This document shows, piece after piece, positions 49,646 to 60,803 of a DNA stretch of 64,000 bases. The notes under the pieces were generated by a model. That model was not told the DNA's origin. It saw only the letters and a list, made by a program, of their open reading frames with translations, and did no database searches. The stretch's first letter is position 1. Each line of letters begins with the position of its first letter. Source of the stretch: an uncultured Chloroflexia bacterium (GTDB taxonomy: Bacteria; Chloroflexota; Anaerolineae; Anaerolineales; Anaerolineaceae); NCBI GenBank assembly GCA_963699305.1, contig OY969431.1:1076911-1140910 (forward strand), written 5' to 3'. Made by a program: the position numbers and the translations under genes.

Positions 49646-50833
49646 TTGAAAACACGATTTTCATTTATGGACTATCTGGAATGTTCCAAATGTGGGACTC
49701 GCTATTCCATCGCAGAACCGCAAACATTTTGCTCAGATTGTCTAACCCCCCTGCTCGCTCATTACCAATTGGAAGAACTCAAGAAAGTGGTGTCCGCAGA
49801 TGACTTTAAACAACGCCCGAGGGGAATGTGGAGATGGCACGAAATACTTCCCATTCTATCGGAAAATCACATCATCACTCTCGGCGAGGGTGATACACCG
49901 CTCCTTAGCCTTCCCCGGATGGCGGATATTCTCGGTCTCCAATCTTTGACTCTTAAAGATGAAGGAACCAATCCAACACATTGCTTTAAAGCACGAGGTT
50001 TGGCAGCAGCGGTATCCTCGGCAGTATCGTTCGGTATCACCGATTTCATCATCCCTACCGCAGGTAATGCAGGAGCTTCCCTGGCTACATATGCGGCTCA
50101 TGCTCATTTGCATGCACACATCATCATGCCCAAAGATTCTCCTTCAGTGAATATTTACCAGTCCCGTATTGCAGGCGCAGACGTGCAATTGGTGGAAGGT
50201 AGAATAGATGATGCAGGTATACTCGCCCGCGAACTTGCAGCTGCAAATAAATGGTTCGATGTTTCCACATTTCGTGAACCATTCCGATTGGAAGGCAAGA
50301 AGATCATGGGCTACGAAATTGCAGAAGCAATGCGATGGGAATTACCGGATGTAATCTTCTATCCGACCGGTGGTGGAACCGGATTAGTAGGGATCTGGAA
50401 AGCTTTCCAGGAAATGAAAGAACTGGGTTGGCTTGAAATTAACAAACTTCCACGCATGATCGCCGTTCAATCTGCAGGGTGTGCACCGGTTGTCAAAGCA
50501 TTTGAAGCTCATTCCGATCATTGTGTAAAGTGGGAAAACTCTAAGACCATCGCTTTCGGGTTGCGTGTCCCCAAGAGCTTCGCAGACCGGTTAATCATGC
50601 AAACCATCTACAATAGCAACGGTTCAGCGGTTGCTGTCCCCGACGAAGAAATTCTACAGGCGCAATCCCTCCTGGCACGGGAGGAAGGCATTTTCGTCTG
50701 TCCGGAAGGTGCAGCTAATCTCGCTGCTTTGAAAACCCTTGTGCAAAACGGGTATATTCACAAAGATGAATCGGTTCTTCTACTAAATACCGGATCCGGA
50801 TTATTGAATCTGGACGTTTCTTCTGGCAATTGA
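49646..50833 (+). CDS. threonine-synthase-family PLP enzyme (fold type II) with an N-terminal zinc-ribbon
   Basis: CSKCGTRY...FCSDC, then GEGDTPLL and the lysine motif NPTHCFKARG (atypical compared with the usual GSFKDRG), then GNAGASLA and GGGTGLVG. Confidence 0.6.
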   Translation: MKTRFSFMDYLECSKCGTRYSIAEPQTFCSDCLTPLLAHYQLEELKKVVSADDFKQRPRGMWRWHEILPILSENHIITLGEGDTPLLSLPRMADILGLQSLTLKDEGTNPTHCFKARGLAAAVSSAVSFGITDFIIPTAGNAGASLATYAAHAHLHAHIIMPKDSPSVNIYQSRIAGADVQLVEGRIDDAGILARELAAANKWFDVSTFREPFRLEGKKIMGYEIAEAMRWELPDVIFYPTGGGTGLVGIWKAFQEMKELGWLEINKLPRMIAVQSAGCAPVVKAFEAHSDHCVKWENSKTIAFGLRVPKSFADRLIMQTIYNSNGSAVAVPDEEILQAQSLLAREEGIFVCPEGAANLAALKTLVQNGYIHKDESVLLLNTGSGLLNLDVSSGN

Positions 50834-50863
50834 AATTTCGCTCGTGCTATACTAATCTCAACG

Positions 50864-51727
50864 ATGACAAATTTTTCGGTCGTCAAAGCTAATACCGATG
50901 ACTACTTGCGCGTATTGCCCTTATTAAAGGGTTTTCAGACAAGCCGATTCATTTCTGATGCGACATGGAAGAACCTATTCACCCGCGATTGGAGTGCAAA
51001 AGAGAAATATTGCGGACAAATACTCCTTGCAGATGAGAAACCCGTGGGTTTCATCCATTCACTCTTTAGTGACCGAAAGATTAAGGACAGGGATGTTACC
51101 TTATGTAATTTGGGTACTTGGATCGTTGAGGAGCAATATCGCAGTAAAAGCTTATTATTGTTCTTTCCTTATATGGAAATGAAAGGCATTACTTTTACCA
51201 GTTTCACCGCCAATCCAAAATATGTCCCCATCCTGCAGCGTTTCAATTTTCAATCCCTGGAAAAGATGATCTATTTTATTCCTCCCCTCCCATCGTTTTC
51301 AAAATCCATCCGTTTAATTAATGATCCTCAGGTCATTCAAGATAATTTACGCGGAAATGTATTGAAAACTTTTCTAGACCACAGGGACTTGCCCTGCAAG
51401 AATTTGCTTCTTCAATCCTCCAATGCACAGTGTTATTTGAATATCAGTATGACCCGGAAAAAAAGACTGCCGGTTGCGTTTATTCATTCGGTCAGCGATG
51501 TGGATTTTTTCCTTTCGACAATTCTACCTACCTCGTATGCGGTGTGTCGTTTACTGCATGCTTCTGCTCTCATGGTCGGGGAGCACACGTTGCAAGGTGT
51601 CAGACCAAGACCTTCTCTCGCCGTCCCGCGACGTTTCCAATTATGGTATCGATCTCCGGATTTAAACGCATTCGACTTGGATACGTTATATTCAGAATAT
51701 CAGGTGTTGGGATTGGCTCCTGTCTAA
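50864..51727 (+). CDS. hypothetical protein (possibly GNAT/FemAB-like acyltransferase fold)
   Basis: A 287-aa protein with no firm motif. A weak GNAT-like beta-strand pattern lies around ILLADEKPVGFIHSLF...LGTWIVEEQYRSK. Confidence 0.3.
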   Translation: MTNFSVVKANTDDYLRVLPLLKGFQTSRFISDATWKNLFTRDWSAKEKYCGQILLADEKPVGFIHSLFSDRKIKDRDVTLCNLGTWIVEEQYRSKSLLLFFPYMEMKGITFTSFTANPKYVPILQRFNFQSLEKMIYFIPPLPSFSKSIRLINDPQVIQDNLRGNVLKTFLDHRDLPCKNLLLQSSNAQCYLNISMTRKKRLPVAFIHSVSDVDFFLSTILPTSYAVCRLLHASALMVGEHTLQGVRPRPSLAVPRRFQLWYRSPDLNAFDLDTLYSEYQVLGLAPV

Positions 51728-51730
51728 TAA

Positions 51731-52745
51731 ATGAAAAATTCATCTTTGGTCCGAATTCTCGGTAAAATCACTCAGCCTTTTTATGGTGGAAGTGGACATA
51801 TCCTGATGTTCCACCGCGTCTGTAATTCCAATACGATTTATCAGATTCCTGGACAGCAAAGTATCGAAGTTTCGATTGAGCATTTTACAGGTATTTTGGA
51901 TTATTTTGAAAAACACGGTTATACCTTCCTCTCGTTGGATGACCTCGCAAAAGATTTACTGCAAGGAAATATCAAGAAACCTTTTGTTGTTTTCACTTTT
52001 GATGATGGTTATATCGATAATTTGGAAATCGCATTTCCGATTCTGAAGAATAGAAACATTCCATTTGCCATTTACGTAGCACCTTCCTTCCCGGATCAAA
52101 AAGCGGTGCTTTGGCGTTATATCCTTCAGGATGCCGTGCGCAACAAGAACTCGCTTAACTTTTCCATTTCTGGCATCCACTATGAAATGGATTTGTCTGA
52201 TTCCCTTGAGCTCCCCCGGAATATTAAACTGCTCCGATCATTCATTAACAACTACCGCACCCACCGATTTCAACAAGCGACTGGAGCAAATATTTGGAAA
52301 GAGTTTACAGCAGATGCTTGAAATGACAGTAAATCTGCGGTTATCTTGGGATCAAATTCGACAGCTTTCTTCAGATCCGCTCGTCACCATAGCCGCGCAT
52401 ACGTTGAACCACTATCCCCTCGCCCAATTGACCGAAGCACAAGCAACTGTAGAGATACTGGAAAGCAAGATGGTTTTGGAATCCAGGATCAATCGAGCTG
52501 TCAACCATTTTGCATACCCCTATGGATCATTTGGAAAACGCGAAATGAGGATTGTGCAGTCTTCTGGTTTTACAACCGCTGTTACCACTCATCATGCCAA
52601 TATCTTCCCTGAACATGCCCGGCAAATGTTCGCCCTTCCTCGATGGGATATCGCAAACATAAACACAATCGACGATATCGAGCTTTCCATGAATGGATTG
52701 CTCCCAGCCCGGTTGAATGGATTCCGGAGAATTGTGACTTTGTGA
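51731..52745 (+). CDS. polysaccharide deacetylase (NodB homology domain), split by a 1-nt insertion near 52258-52266
   Basis: FVVFTFDDGYIDN (the NodB TFDDG motif) is in part one. The other frame carries DFNKRLEQIF...LSWDQIRQLSSDPLVTIAAHTLNHYPL...FAYPYG. Confidence 0.8.
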
Positions 52746-52746
52746 A

Positions 52747-53595
52747 ATGATGAAATTTGCTGTTCTTCAATTATCGGGGTGTGCAGGTTGTGAGGTATCC
52801 CTTTTGAATGCCAGCGAATGGCTGGATCGATACAAATTGGTGTACATGCCTCTTGTGATCTCCGCATATGATGTCCCCAAGGTGGATATTTTACTTGTTA
52901 GCGGAGGAGTGCGTAACGATGAGGATTTATACAACTTGCGCCGTGCCGTGAAAAACGCCGGAAGCGTTGTTGCTGTAGGAACGTGTGCGATCTCGGGTGG
53001 TGTGGCAAACCTTGGCAACCGGGACGATGTACGTAAGTTGTTCATATATCAGGAAAGCCGGATGCATGTGCCGCGCTTGCTGCCTCGCTCGTCACCTATC
53101 GATGCAGTAGTGCAGGTCGACCGCTATCTTCCTGGATGTCCCCCAACGCCTGAATTGTTCATGGCGCTCTTGTTCAATACTCCAGGGTTCAACCCTTCCA
53201 AGATCATCTGTCAGGAATGTGGAAGGGTAAAAGACCGGACTATTCGGCCGAAGGATCTTTTGGGATTTCAGCAAGGTCACGTCAAACCGGAACTCTGCCT
53301 CATCAACCAGGGTTATTTGTGTGTCGGTTCCTCCACTCGGGGTGGTTGCCGTGCGCCATGTCCGCGTGGAGGTCATCCGTGTGTAGGTTGCCGCGGACCT
53401 TCGGATAATTTTATTGAAAAAGAATCTTCCGAATGGATATCGAGTATCCAAAAGGTTATTGCTACCCTGACCGATGTCCCACCGGAACAAATCGCTGCCG
53501 GCTTGCGTTCACCGCAATTGGCTCTTTTCCTTTTTCAATTTTCCGATTACTCCAATCCCGATCGACCCCCGCGTCCCAAGGAGAAGGTGCTGTAA
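52747..53595 (+). CDS. [NiFe]-hydrogenase small subunit, group-3 type (MvhG/FrhG-like)
   Basis: SGCAGCEVS, GTCAISGG and LPGCPP are the proximal cluster ligands. The C-terminal Cys-rich region is CQECGR...CLINQGYLCVGSSTRGGCRAPCPRGGHPCVGCRGP. Confidence 0.8.
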   Translation: MMKFAVLQLSGCAGCEVSLLNASEWLDRYKLVYMPLVISAYDVPKVDILLVSGGVRNDEDLYNLRRAVKNAGSVVAVGTCAISGGVANLGNRDDVRKLFIYQESRMHVPRLLPRSSPIDAVVQVDRYLPGCPPTPELFMALLFNTPGFNPSKIICQECGRVKDRTIRPKDLLGFQQGHVKPELCLINQGYLCVGSSTRGGCRAPCPRGGHPCVGCRGPSDNFIEKESSEWISSIQKVIATLTDVPPEQIAAGLRSPQLALFLFQFSDYSNPDRPPRPKEKVL

Positions 53596-54908
53596 TGCCA
53601 ACCCTCACCTTTCCGCTATCCCGTATTGAAGGTCATGCCCAGGTGATCATCGAAGTGCATGGCGCAGAAGTCGTTTCTGCCAGGTTCCAGGCAACGGAAT
53701 TCCGCGGATTTTCGTACTTTGTTCAGGGTACTCCGGCGGATCAAATGCCCGTCATTGTCCCTCGTATTTGCGGTGTATGCTCCACAGCTCATCATGTATG
53801 CTCGGTTAAAACATTGGAAGATATCTATGGCGTTACACCTCCACCGCTGGCATTGAAAATTCGAGAGTTGTTATTGCTGGGACAGATCATTCAAAACCAG
53901 GCGACCTCCCTTTTTATCTTTACCATGCCTGATCGCCTGGGTGTGGAAAGCATTTTTCAGGCGGAGGAGCAGGATCTCAGCCATGAAGTAAGCCAGGGAG
54001 TTGCGTTTAAAGCCCTCCAGGTACGGAAAGCGGGTTCGGATCTGATCACGCTCGCCGGTGGACAATTCATCCATCCAATTAAGGCAGTTGTCGGTGGGGT
54101 CACAGGCGGTATTTCCGAGAGTTCTGCAGCTCCGGTCAGACAAAGATTCCTCGACATACTTCCGGTTGCTTGCGACCTCTTTGATCACTATTGGCAAATA
54201 TCCCTTGAAATGGGGGAGCGCATCGGTTCCTGGGGAGATTCAACTCCAGCATATTACATTGCTTCCACTCATGGGATTCAACCAAGGTATGACGGTCACG
54301 AGATTTGCGTCATGGGTCCAGCCGGTGATCATTGTGATCAGTTCACGGCACGTGATTTTAAGGAAAAACTTTCCTTTGAGGAAACGTTGCAGAGCTACGC
54401 AGGTGAAACAAGTTATCATGGTGAGGTCATGCGCGCCAACAGCCTGGCCCGAATTAACATGACTGAAAAAATGGGTACTCCACGTGCGGATTATTATCTT
54501 TCTCGTTTTCAAAAGCAATTTGGTAAACCTGCTCACGCCATCATGTTGTTTGACTTGGCACGTGGGATTGAACTTGTCTATGCCATTGAACGTGCGGCTG
54601 AATTGCTTTCGGATTCCCTCGATAACGAAGATACGGATGTGGCATATACCCCGCGGGATGGCGATGGGTTTGGTCTCGTGGAAGCACCCCGTGGACCTCT
54701 CATCCATCACTACAGTATTGAAAAAGGGCTTATCCGCCAGGCTGAATTTATTATTCCGACTGTGCACAATATGCGTGCCATCAGCCAGGCGTTAGTCGTG
54801 GCTGCCAAACGGTATATATCCGCAGAAAGAGTGGATATGGAGTTGGAAAAAGCTGTCGGTCGGGTTGTGCGTGCCTTCGATCCGTGTATCGCCTGCGCTA
54901 CTCATTGA
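53595..54908 (+). CDS. [NiFe]-hydrogenase large subunit, group-3 type (MvhA/FrhA-like)
   Basis: SRIEGHA, the L1 motif PRICGVCSTAHH and the C-terminal L2 motif DPCIACATH directly followed by the stop codon. The ATG at 53595 overlaps the small-subunit stop (TAATG). Confidence 0.85.
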   Translation: MPTLTFPLSRIEGHAQVIIEVHGAEVVSARFQATEFRGFSYFVQGTPADQMPVIVPRICGVCSTAHHVCSVKTLEDIYGVTPPPLALKIRELLLLGQIIQNQATSLFIFTMPDRLGVESIFQAEEQDLSHEVSQGVAFKALQVRKAGSDLITLAGGQFIHPIKAVVGGVTGGISESSAAPVRQRFLDILPVACDLFDHYWQISLEMGERIGSWGDSTPAYYIASTHGIQPRYDGHEICVMGPAGDHCDQFTARDFKEKLSFEETLQSYAGETSYHGEVMRANSLARINMTEKMGTPRADYYLSRFQKQFGKPAHAIMLFDLARGIELVYAIERAAELLSDSLDNEDTDVAYTPRDGDGFGLVEAPRGPLIHHYSIEKGLIRQAEFIIPTVHNMRAISQALVVAAKRYISAERVDMELEKAVGRVVRAFDPCIACATH

Positions 54909-54968
54909 TCCGATGACCGGGTGGATTTGAAATTATAATATCTCTATCTCATACTAAAAAGGTGTGCA

Positions 54969-56192
54969 ATGTACTCTGTCGTTGAACGCTTCCTTCGCTA
55001 TGTCAAGATAGATACGCAATCGGATGACTCTTCTGAAACTGTCCCCAGTACTTTAAAACAGTTGAATCTTGGTAATTTATTGGTGAAAGAACTGCAGGAG
55101 CTGGGTTTAAAAGACGCTGCCATAGACCAGTTTGGGTATGTCATGGCAACCTTACCTTCCAATCTGGATAAAAAAGTTCCTGCAATTGGTTTCCTCGCTC
55201 ACATGGACACAAGCCCGTCGTCACCGGGTACAGGTGTGAATCCACAAATAGTGGAAAAATATGATGGTGGAACCATCGTCTTGAATAAAACGTTGAAACT
55301 TTCGATGTCACCAGTGGAATTCCCTGTTCTTAGTCGGTATTTAGGTCAATCGCTCATCACCACCGATGGGACAACCTTATTGGGGGGAGATGACAAGGCG
55401 GGGATTGCCGAGATCATGGCAGCTGCTCAATGGATGATAGAACATCCTGAGTTCAAACACGGAGCTGTGAAATTCGGATTCACCATCGATGAAGAGATCG
55501 GTCGGGGCGTAGACCATTTTGATGTCGCAAAATTTGGAGCTGATTTCGGTTACACCCTCGATGGAGAAGAAGTTGGGATCTTTGAATATGAGAATTTCAA
55601 TGCCGCTGCAGCACATGTGACCATTCACGGACGCCAGGTGCATCCCGGTTCAGCAAAAAATATCATGAAAAATTCCATCCTGATGGCGATGGAATTCCAC
55701 CATATGTTGCCTGTCTGCGAACGGCCAGAATTTACCGAAAAACGCGAGGGTTTCATCCATGTGGATCATTTTGAAGGGACAGTGGAAACTTCCAAGATGG
55801 TCCTCATCGTTCGCGACCATGATAAAGCGAAATTTGAGTTCAAGAAAGAATTGATCCGTACTGCTGGTGAGTACCTCAATAGTAAATATGGTCAAGGAAG
55901 CATTGAAATCAAGCTGACAGACTCTTATTACAATATGAAGGAAAAGATCGAACCCGAGATGCATCTTGTGGAGACCGCCTTGAAAGCGATGCGTGAATTG
56001 GGCATAGAACCAAAACTAAATGCTGTGCGTGGTGGGACAGATGGAGCCAGACTCTCTTATATGGGGTTGCCTTGTCCTAATATTTTCGCTGGAGCTGAAA
56101 ACTTTCATAGTCGCTTTGAATTTGTTCCCATCCCCTCCATGGAAAAAGCAGTTGCTGTGGTGTTAAAGATCGTTGAATTGTACGCAAAATGA
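54969..56192 (+). CDS. pepT: peptidase T (tripeptide aminopeptidase, M20B)
   Basis: ERFLRYVKIDTQSD, HMDT and GGDDKAGIAEIM. Collinear with PepT along its full length. Confidence 0.9.
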   Translation: MYSVVERFLRYVKIDTQSDDSSETVPSTLKQLNLGNLLVKELQELGLKDAAIDQFGYVMATLPSNLDKKVPAIGFLAHMDTSPSSPGTGVNPQIVEKYDGGTIVLNKTLKLSMSPVEFPVLSRYLGQSLITTDGTTLLGGDDKAGIAEIMAAAQWMIEHPEFKHGAVKFGFTIDEEIGRGVDHFDVAKFGADFGYTLDGEEVGIFEYENFNAAAAHVTIHGRQVHPGSAKNIMKNSILMAMEFHHMLPVCERPEFTEKREGFIHVDHFEGTVETSKMVLIVRDHDKAKFEFKKELIRTAGEYLNSKYGQGSIEIKLTDSYYNMKEKIEPEMHLVETALKAMRELGIEPKLNAVRGGTDGARLSYMGLPCPNIFAGAENFHSRFEFVPIPSMEKAVAVVLKIVELYAK

Positions 56193-56252
56193 TTGGTTGA
56201 AATTCCCGGCTTTCATAGTCGGGATTTTGTTTATGAAGACACCGAGAATTGT

Positions 56253-56672
56253 ATGAAGAGCTTCCGAAAAGAATTATGGTTCAATCTCCCAACCCGCCGC
56301 GGATTTGTGAGTATCACCGGGCAGGTTCTTGAATGCCTGCATGAATCCGGCATCCAGGAAGGGTTGATCCTGGTAAACGCCATGCACATCACCGCTTCGG
56401 TTTTCATCAACGACGATGAAAATGGTTTACACGAAGATTTCGAAAAATGGCTCGAGAAACTTACACCTCATGAACCCACCGGGCAGTATGCACACAATCG
56501 TACGGGAGAGGATAATGCCGATGCGCATATGAAACGTCAAGTTATGGGGAGGGAAGTTGTTATTGCGGTAACCGATGGCAAAATGGATTTTGGACCGTGG
56601 GAGCAGGTATTTTACGGTGAATTTGACGGAAGGCGATCCAAACGTGTTCTTGTAAAGATCATAGGGGAGTAA
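56253..56672 (+). CDS. yjbQ: YjbQ/UPF0047 family protein (secondary thiamine-phosphate synthase)
   Basis: ITGQV...[34 protein letters not shown]...[14 protein letters not shown]...[19 protein letters not shown]. Confidence 0.85.
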   Translation: MKSFRKELWFNLPTRRGFVSITGQVLECLHESGIQEGLILVNAMHITASVFINDDENGLHEDFEKWLEKLTPHEPTGQYAHNRTGEDNADAHMKRQVMGREVVIAVTDGKMDFGPWEQVFYGEFDGRRSKRVLVKIIGE

Positions 56673-56677
56673 ATACA

Positions 56678-57805
56678 ATGATAATCAGGAAATTGGATCC
56701 ATCGTTGCGAAAAGATGTCAACGCATTTCTGGATTTTCCGTTCAAATTGTACAAAGATAATCCCTACTGGGTCCCTCCAATGAGATCCGGAATGGTTTCG
56801 CTTCTGCGAAGGAAAAATCATCCTTACTATTTGCATTCCACGGGTGATTTCTTCGTGGCTGAAAGCGAAGGGGAAACGCTTGGATGCATTGCTGCATTGT
56901 ATAACAAAAACTATAACCAATACCACAACACCCGGTCTGCCTTTTTCTATTTTTTCGATTGCATCGATGACAAGCAAGTAGCCGCGGGGCTTCTGGACTC
57001 AGCCATGGATTGGGGTAAGTCTCACGGTGCTGATCTGCTTTTCGGACCGAAAGGTTTTTCACGCATGAATGGCTCAGGGCTGCTTATTGAAGGATTTGAC
57101 CAACGCGCAACAGTTGGTGTTCCCTATAATCTCCCTTATTATCAAAAATTCTTCGAGGATTTTGGTTTCGAAAAGGAAGTCGATTATGTATCCGGGTATG
57201 TTTCTCGTTCTGACCATTTTGATCCACGAATTTATGCGATTGCAGATAAAGTAAAGGAAAGGGGAAATTTTTGGATCAAGACCTTTCGATCCAAACGTGA
57301 AATACGTAAATACATTTATGAAGTGAACCGGATTCATGATGAAGCTTTCCAGGGAATTATCGATTTCCAGTTCTATCCTTCTACAAAGGAAGAGTTCGAG
57401 ATGATGGCGGATAGCATTATCTTCGTGGCTGATCTAAAAATCATGAAACTGATCATGAAGGGTGACGAAGTTGCCGGTTTTGTGATCGAGTATCCCGATA
57501 TTGCGGAAGCAATTCAAAAAACACGTGGACGTTTGTTTCCTTTTGGCTGGATATCAATTCTCCACGCCATTCATCATTCGACCGATTTCAGCTTGAATGG
57601 GATTGGGATATTGCCAAAATATCAAGGGCTTGGATCCAATGCCCTTTTATACACCGAGATCGAAAAAACGGTTCGCGCGCATCGTTACCAGCGTGCTGAG
57701 AGCATCCAGGTGCAGGAAAAGAATTTCCGCAGTAAGGACGATATGGAATCACTCGGAGTCCGCTGGGTAAAAAAGCATCGTATCTATAAAAAATCCATCC
57801 AGTGA
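56678..57805 (+). CDS. GNAT-family N-acetyltransferase (long form)
   Basis: A 375-aa protein. The C-terminal acetyl-CoA motif A context is GIGILPKYQGLGSNALLYTEI. Confidence 0.6.
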   Translation: MIIRKLDPSLRKDVNAFLDFPFKLYKDNPYWVPPMRSGMVSLLRRKNHPYYLHSTGDFFVAESEGETLGCIAALYNKNYNQYHNTRSAFFYFFDCIDDKQVAAGLLDSAMDWGKSHGADLLFGPKGFSRMNGSGLLIEGFDQRATVGVPYNLPYYQKFFEDFGFEKEVDYVSGYVSRSDHFDPRIYAIADKVKERGNFWIKTFRSKREIRKYIYEVNRIHDEAFQGIIDFQFYPSTKEEFEMMADSIIFVADLKIMKLIMKGDEVAGFVIEYPDIAEAIQKTRGRLFPFGWISILHAIHHSTDFSLNGIGILPKYQGLGSNALLYTEIEKTVRAHRYQRAESIQVQEKNFRSKDDMESLGVRWVKKHRIYKKSIQ

Positions 57806-57812
57806 GGTGAAT

Positions 57813-59272
57813 ATGACTTCTACCACAACCAATATTCCCTTGGAAGAACCACGCCTTCCCTTCTGGAAAAAATTGATTTACGGTACCGGTGATTGGAGCC
57901 GCGAAGCTTTAACACCTTGCGCCAGATATTTTATGCAATCTTTTTGACCGATGTCGTTCGATTGGATCCTCGGTTGGCTTCAGTGGCGGCATTTGTCGGC
58001 ATTATCTGGGATGGCATCAACGATCCGGTGATTGGCGCACTGAGCGACAATGTTCGAACCAAATGGGGTCGCCGACGACCTTTTATGTTGCTTTTTGCCA
58101 TCCCTTTCGCCCTGTGCTTTCTTTTGCTATGGTGGGCACCCACCTGGAAATCACAATGGATGCTCATGATCCATGTAACGCTCGCATTCATGATCAGTGA
58201 TACTTTCCAAACGCTTGTTACGGTTCCATATTTATCTCTTACGCCGGAAATATCTCCAGATTATGACGACCGCACACGGCTTACTTCCATCCGCTATTTT
58301 TTCAACCTTCTCGCATCCATTGCCACTGCTGTATCAGCACCCATGATCATCGATGGGGTTTTAAAAGCAGGGATGACCCAGCAACAAGGTTACTTGATCG
58401 TCGCTGCCATTTTTGGTGGTCTTTCCATCATCCCCTTCTTCCTGATTTTTATTGTGATCAAGGAAAAGTCCTTTCCAGAAGAAGTTGCTATCACCTCCCC
58501 TTCCCTGCGGCAGACCGCAGCAGAGCTATGGAAGAATAAACCTTTCCGCAATATCGTGGGCATTTATGTGCTCAATTGGGTTTCGGTGGATGTGGTGACT
58601 TCGGTGATTCCCTACTTCATGTTGTATTGGATCGCCAGGGGAGACATGCTTGCAAAGGTAAATCTTATTGGGATGAATTTATCCCTCGAATCTGCCGGGC
58701 TTGGTTGCATCCTCATTTCCGCCACCATCGCTCTCCCATTTTGGAATTGGCTTGCCACCCGTTCCAGCAAACGCTGGGCTTATATTACCGGCATGACCTT
58801 CTGGGTTATTGTTGAGGTGATCCTCTTCCTATTGCAGCCGGGGCAAATAACCCTCATGCTGGTATTTGCAGTTCTTGCTGGACTGAGCATATCCACCGCT
58901 CACATCATGCCGGATGCAATTTTCCCGGATGTCATCGATTGGGATGAATTGCAATCAAATCACCGGCGTGAAGGCATGTATTATGGCGCTATCAACCTCA
59001 TCCGAAAATTCAGCAGCGCATTCGCCATTTTCCTTTTGTTGCAAGTGCTCGGTTGGTTCGGATATCAAAGCCCGCCTGCCGGTGTTACGCAATTTACGCA
59101 ACCTCCAAGTGCACTGCTGGCGATCCGCATCGTTAGTGGTCCGCTCGTAGCCATATTGTTGATCATCTCGGTGATTTTCGCAGCGTTTTATCCTCTCAGT
59201 CGTGAACGCCAGCACCGGATAAGACGCTCGTTATTCAGAAGAAGAAATAAAGATCGTGGGAACACCGGATAG
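57813..59272 (+). CDS. GPH-family (MelB-like) glycoside/cation symporter, split by a 1-nt deletion near 57897-57910
   Basis: The ATG at 57813 gives ...FWKKLIYGTGDWS. The other frame continues FNTLRQIFYAIFLTDVVRLDP...IIWDGINDPVIGALSDN..., followed by 12 TM segments. Confidence 0.8.
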
Positions 59273-59331
59273 GATATCGTTTTCAATTTAAAATTTCCTC
59301 GAAAATAACATTCTAGATTTTTCGATTTACA

Positions 59332-60802
59332 GTGAAAAACAAAAACCTAACGAATCAATTCCCTCAGAAAGAAAACTGGTCTACTGCAGGTTTTCTAATT
59401 TTCTGTTTTGTATTAATGCTATTGCTTTCAATTGTCGTCTTATTACCGCTCTATCCGAATGATTTCTGGCCTTTTCTGCGGATTGGTCAAGAGATCATCA
59501 AGATCGGCGGCATCCCATCTACCGAATTCATGACTTTCACTCAATTGAATCAGCCAGCCATTTATCTATATTGGCTGCCTTCGCTTATTTTTTATTGGGT
59601 GTATAGCCTGGGCAGTGTGACTCTTACAAGTCTCGTTTCGCTAATATGCATAAGTTGTTTTTATATTGAGTTATGGCTTTGCTTGCGTGAATTCAACACC
59701 GGACCTTTGACTTCAGGTTTTGTTCTCCTGATAACAGGATTGATAGGCGTCAATAACCTGATGATCCGACCGCAACTACTGTCATATCCTTTATTTGGAT
59801 TAACATTGTTGACGATAATACGATGGCAAAAGGGAAATAACAAATTATTGTGGTTTGTGCCATTGATGGCATTACTTTGGGTAAATTTCCATGGTTCCTT
59901 CATCCTTCTATTCTTTATACTGATCCCCGCAATCTTATTCGGAGCCGGCAATCGTAAATATCTATTAATTGCTTCAGGGATTGCATTTCTTTTCACTTTT
60001 ATCAATCCATATGGACCTGGATTATGGGTGAAGATGTTCTTGATGGTCAATAAAGAATCCATCACTCTATACAGCGCGGAATGGCAGCCTTTGTTAAATA
60101 AAGGTTGGCAGGCAAATATTTTTTTCACCACCCTTTTGGCAATTCCCGTTCTTGTAGCCTTTTTCAAACCCAAAATTCATATGCTTTATTGGATCTGGTT
60201 TGTAGGTTTTGGGTGGATGGCGCTTTCTGCGGTTCGTTATATTTTTTGGTTTCTCGCAATTGAGGTAATTTTTCTAGCGATGCTCTTAAGTCCATTCTTT
60301 AATCGCTATTTGGAACGGTTAATTCAGGTTAAAGAATCGATCTGCAAATCTTGTGATCGGAATAATCTTGTTATGTTTTCCATTAGCGTTAATGCCGGGA
60401 ATCCGTAATTTTTGGTGGCAGCAAGCGCCGCCGATCTACAACTATTTAACACCGATCGATGCAACTAGGTGGATCCAGCAGCATCCTCAATTACCCGGAG
60501 AAATGTGGAGTGATTTTTCATATTCCACCTATCTGACCTATGCTCTTCCAGAACGGAAAGTATTCATGACGAATCGGTTTGAAGATTTCCCAGCAGAACA
60601 GATAATCGATGAAAGACACATCTCTCAAGCATATGATGATTGGGAATTCTTGATGAAGAAGTATTCCATTAATTTGATAGTAGCAAGCACAACTACCCAG
60701 CCTGATTTGATCGCTGCAGCATCTTCATCTTCCGATTGGGATGAGGTCTATCGCGACAAGCAAACGGTGTTGTTTGTACGAAGAAGCTCAGGAATAGAAT
60801 AA
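59332..60802 (+). CDS. polytopic membrane protein with a C-terminal soluble domain (GT-C-like architecture), split by a 1-nt insertion near 60346-60348
   Basis: About 11 TM helices, then a soluble tail of about 130 aa (...IDATRWIQQHPQLPGEMWSDFSYSTYLTYALPERKVFMTNRFEDF...). The frame junction is ...VKESIC/NLVIGIILLCFPLAL. Confidence 0.4.
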
Positions 60803-60803
60803 C

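Noticed and set aside
53433-53594. The upstream extension of the hydrogenase large-subunit ORF, starting at 53433.
   Set aside because: It lies entirely within the small-subunit gene in another frame. The conserved N-terminus (PTLTFPLSRIEGHA) starts at the ATG at 53595, which overlaps the small-subunit stop.
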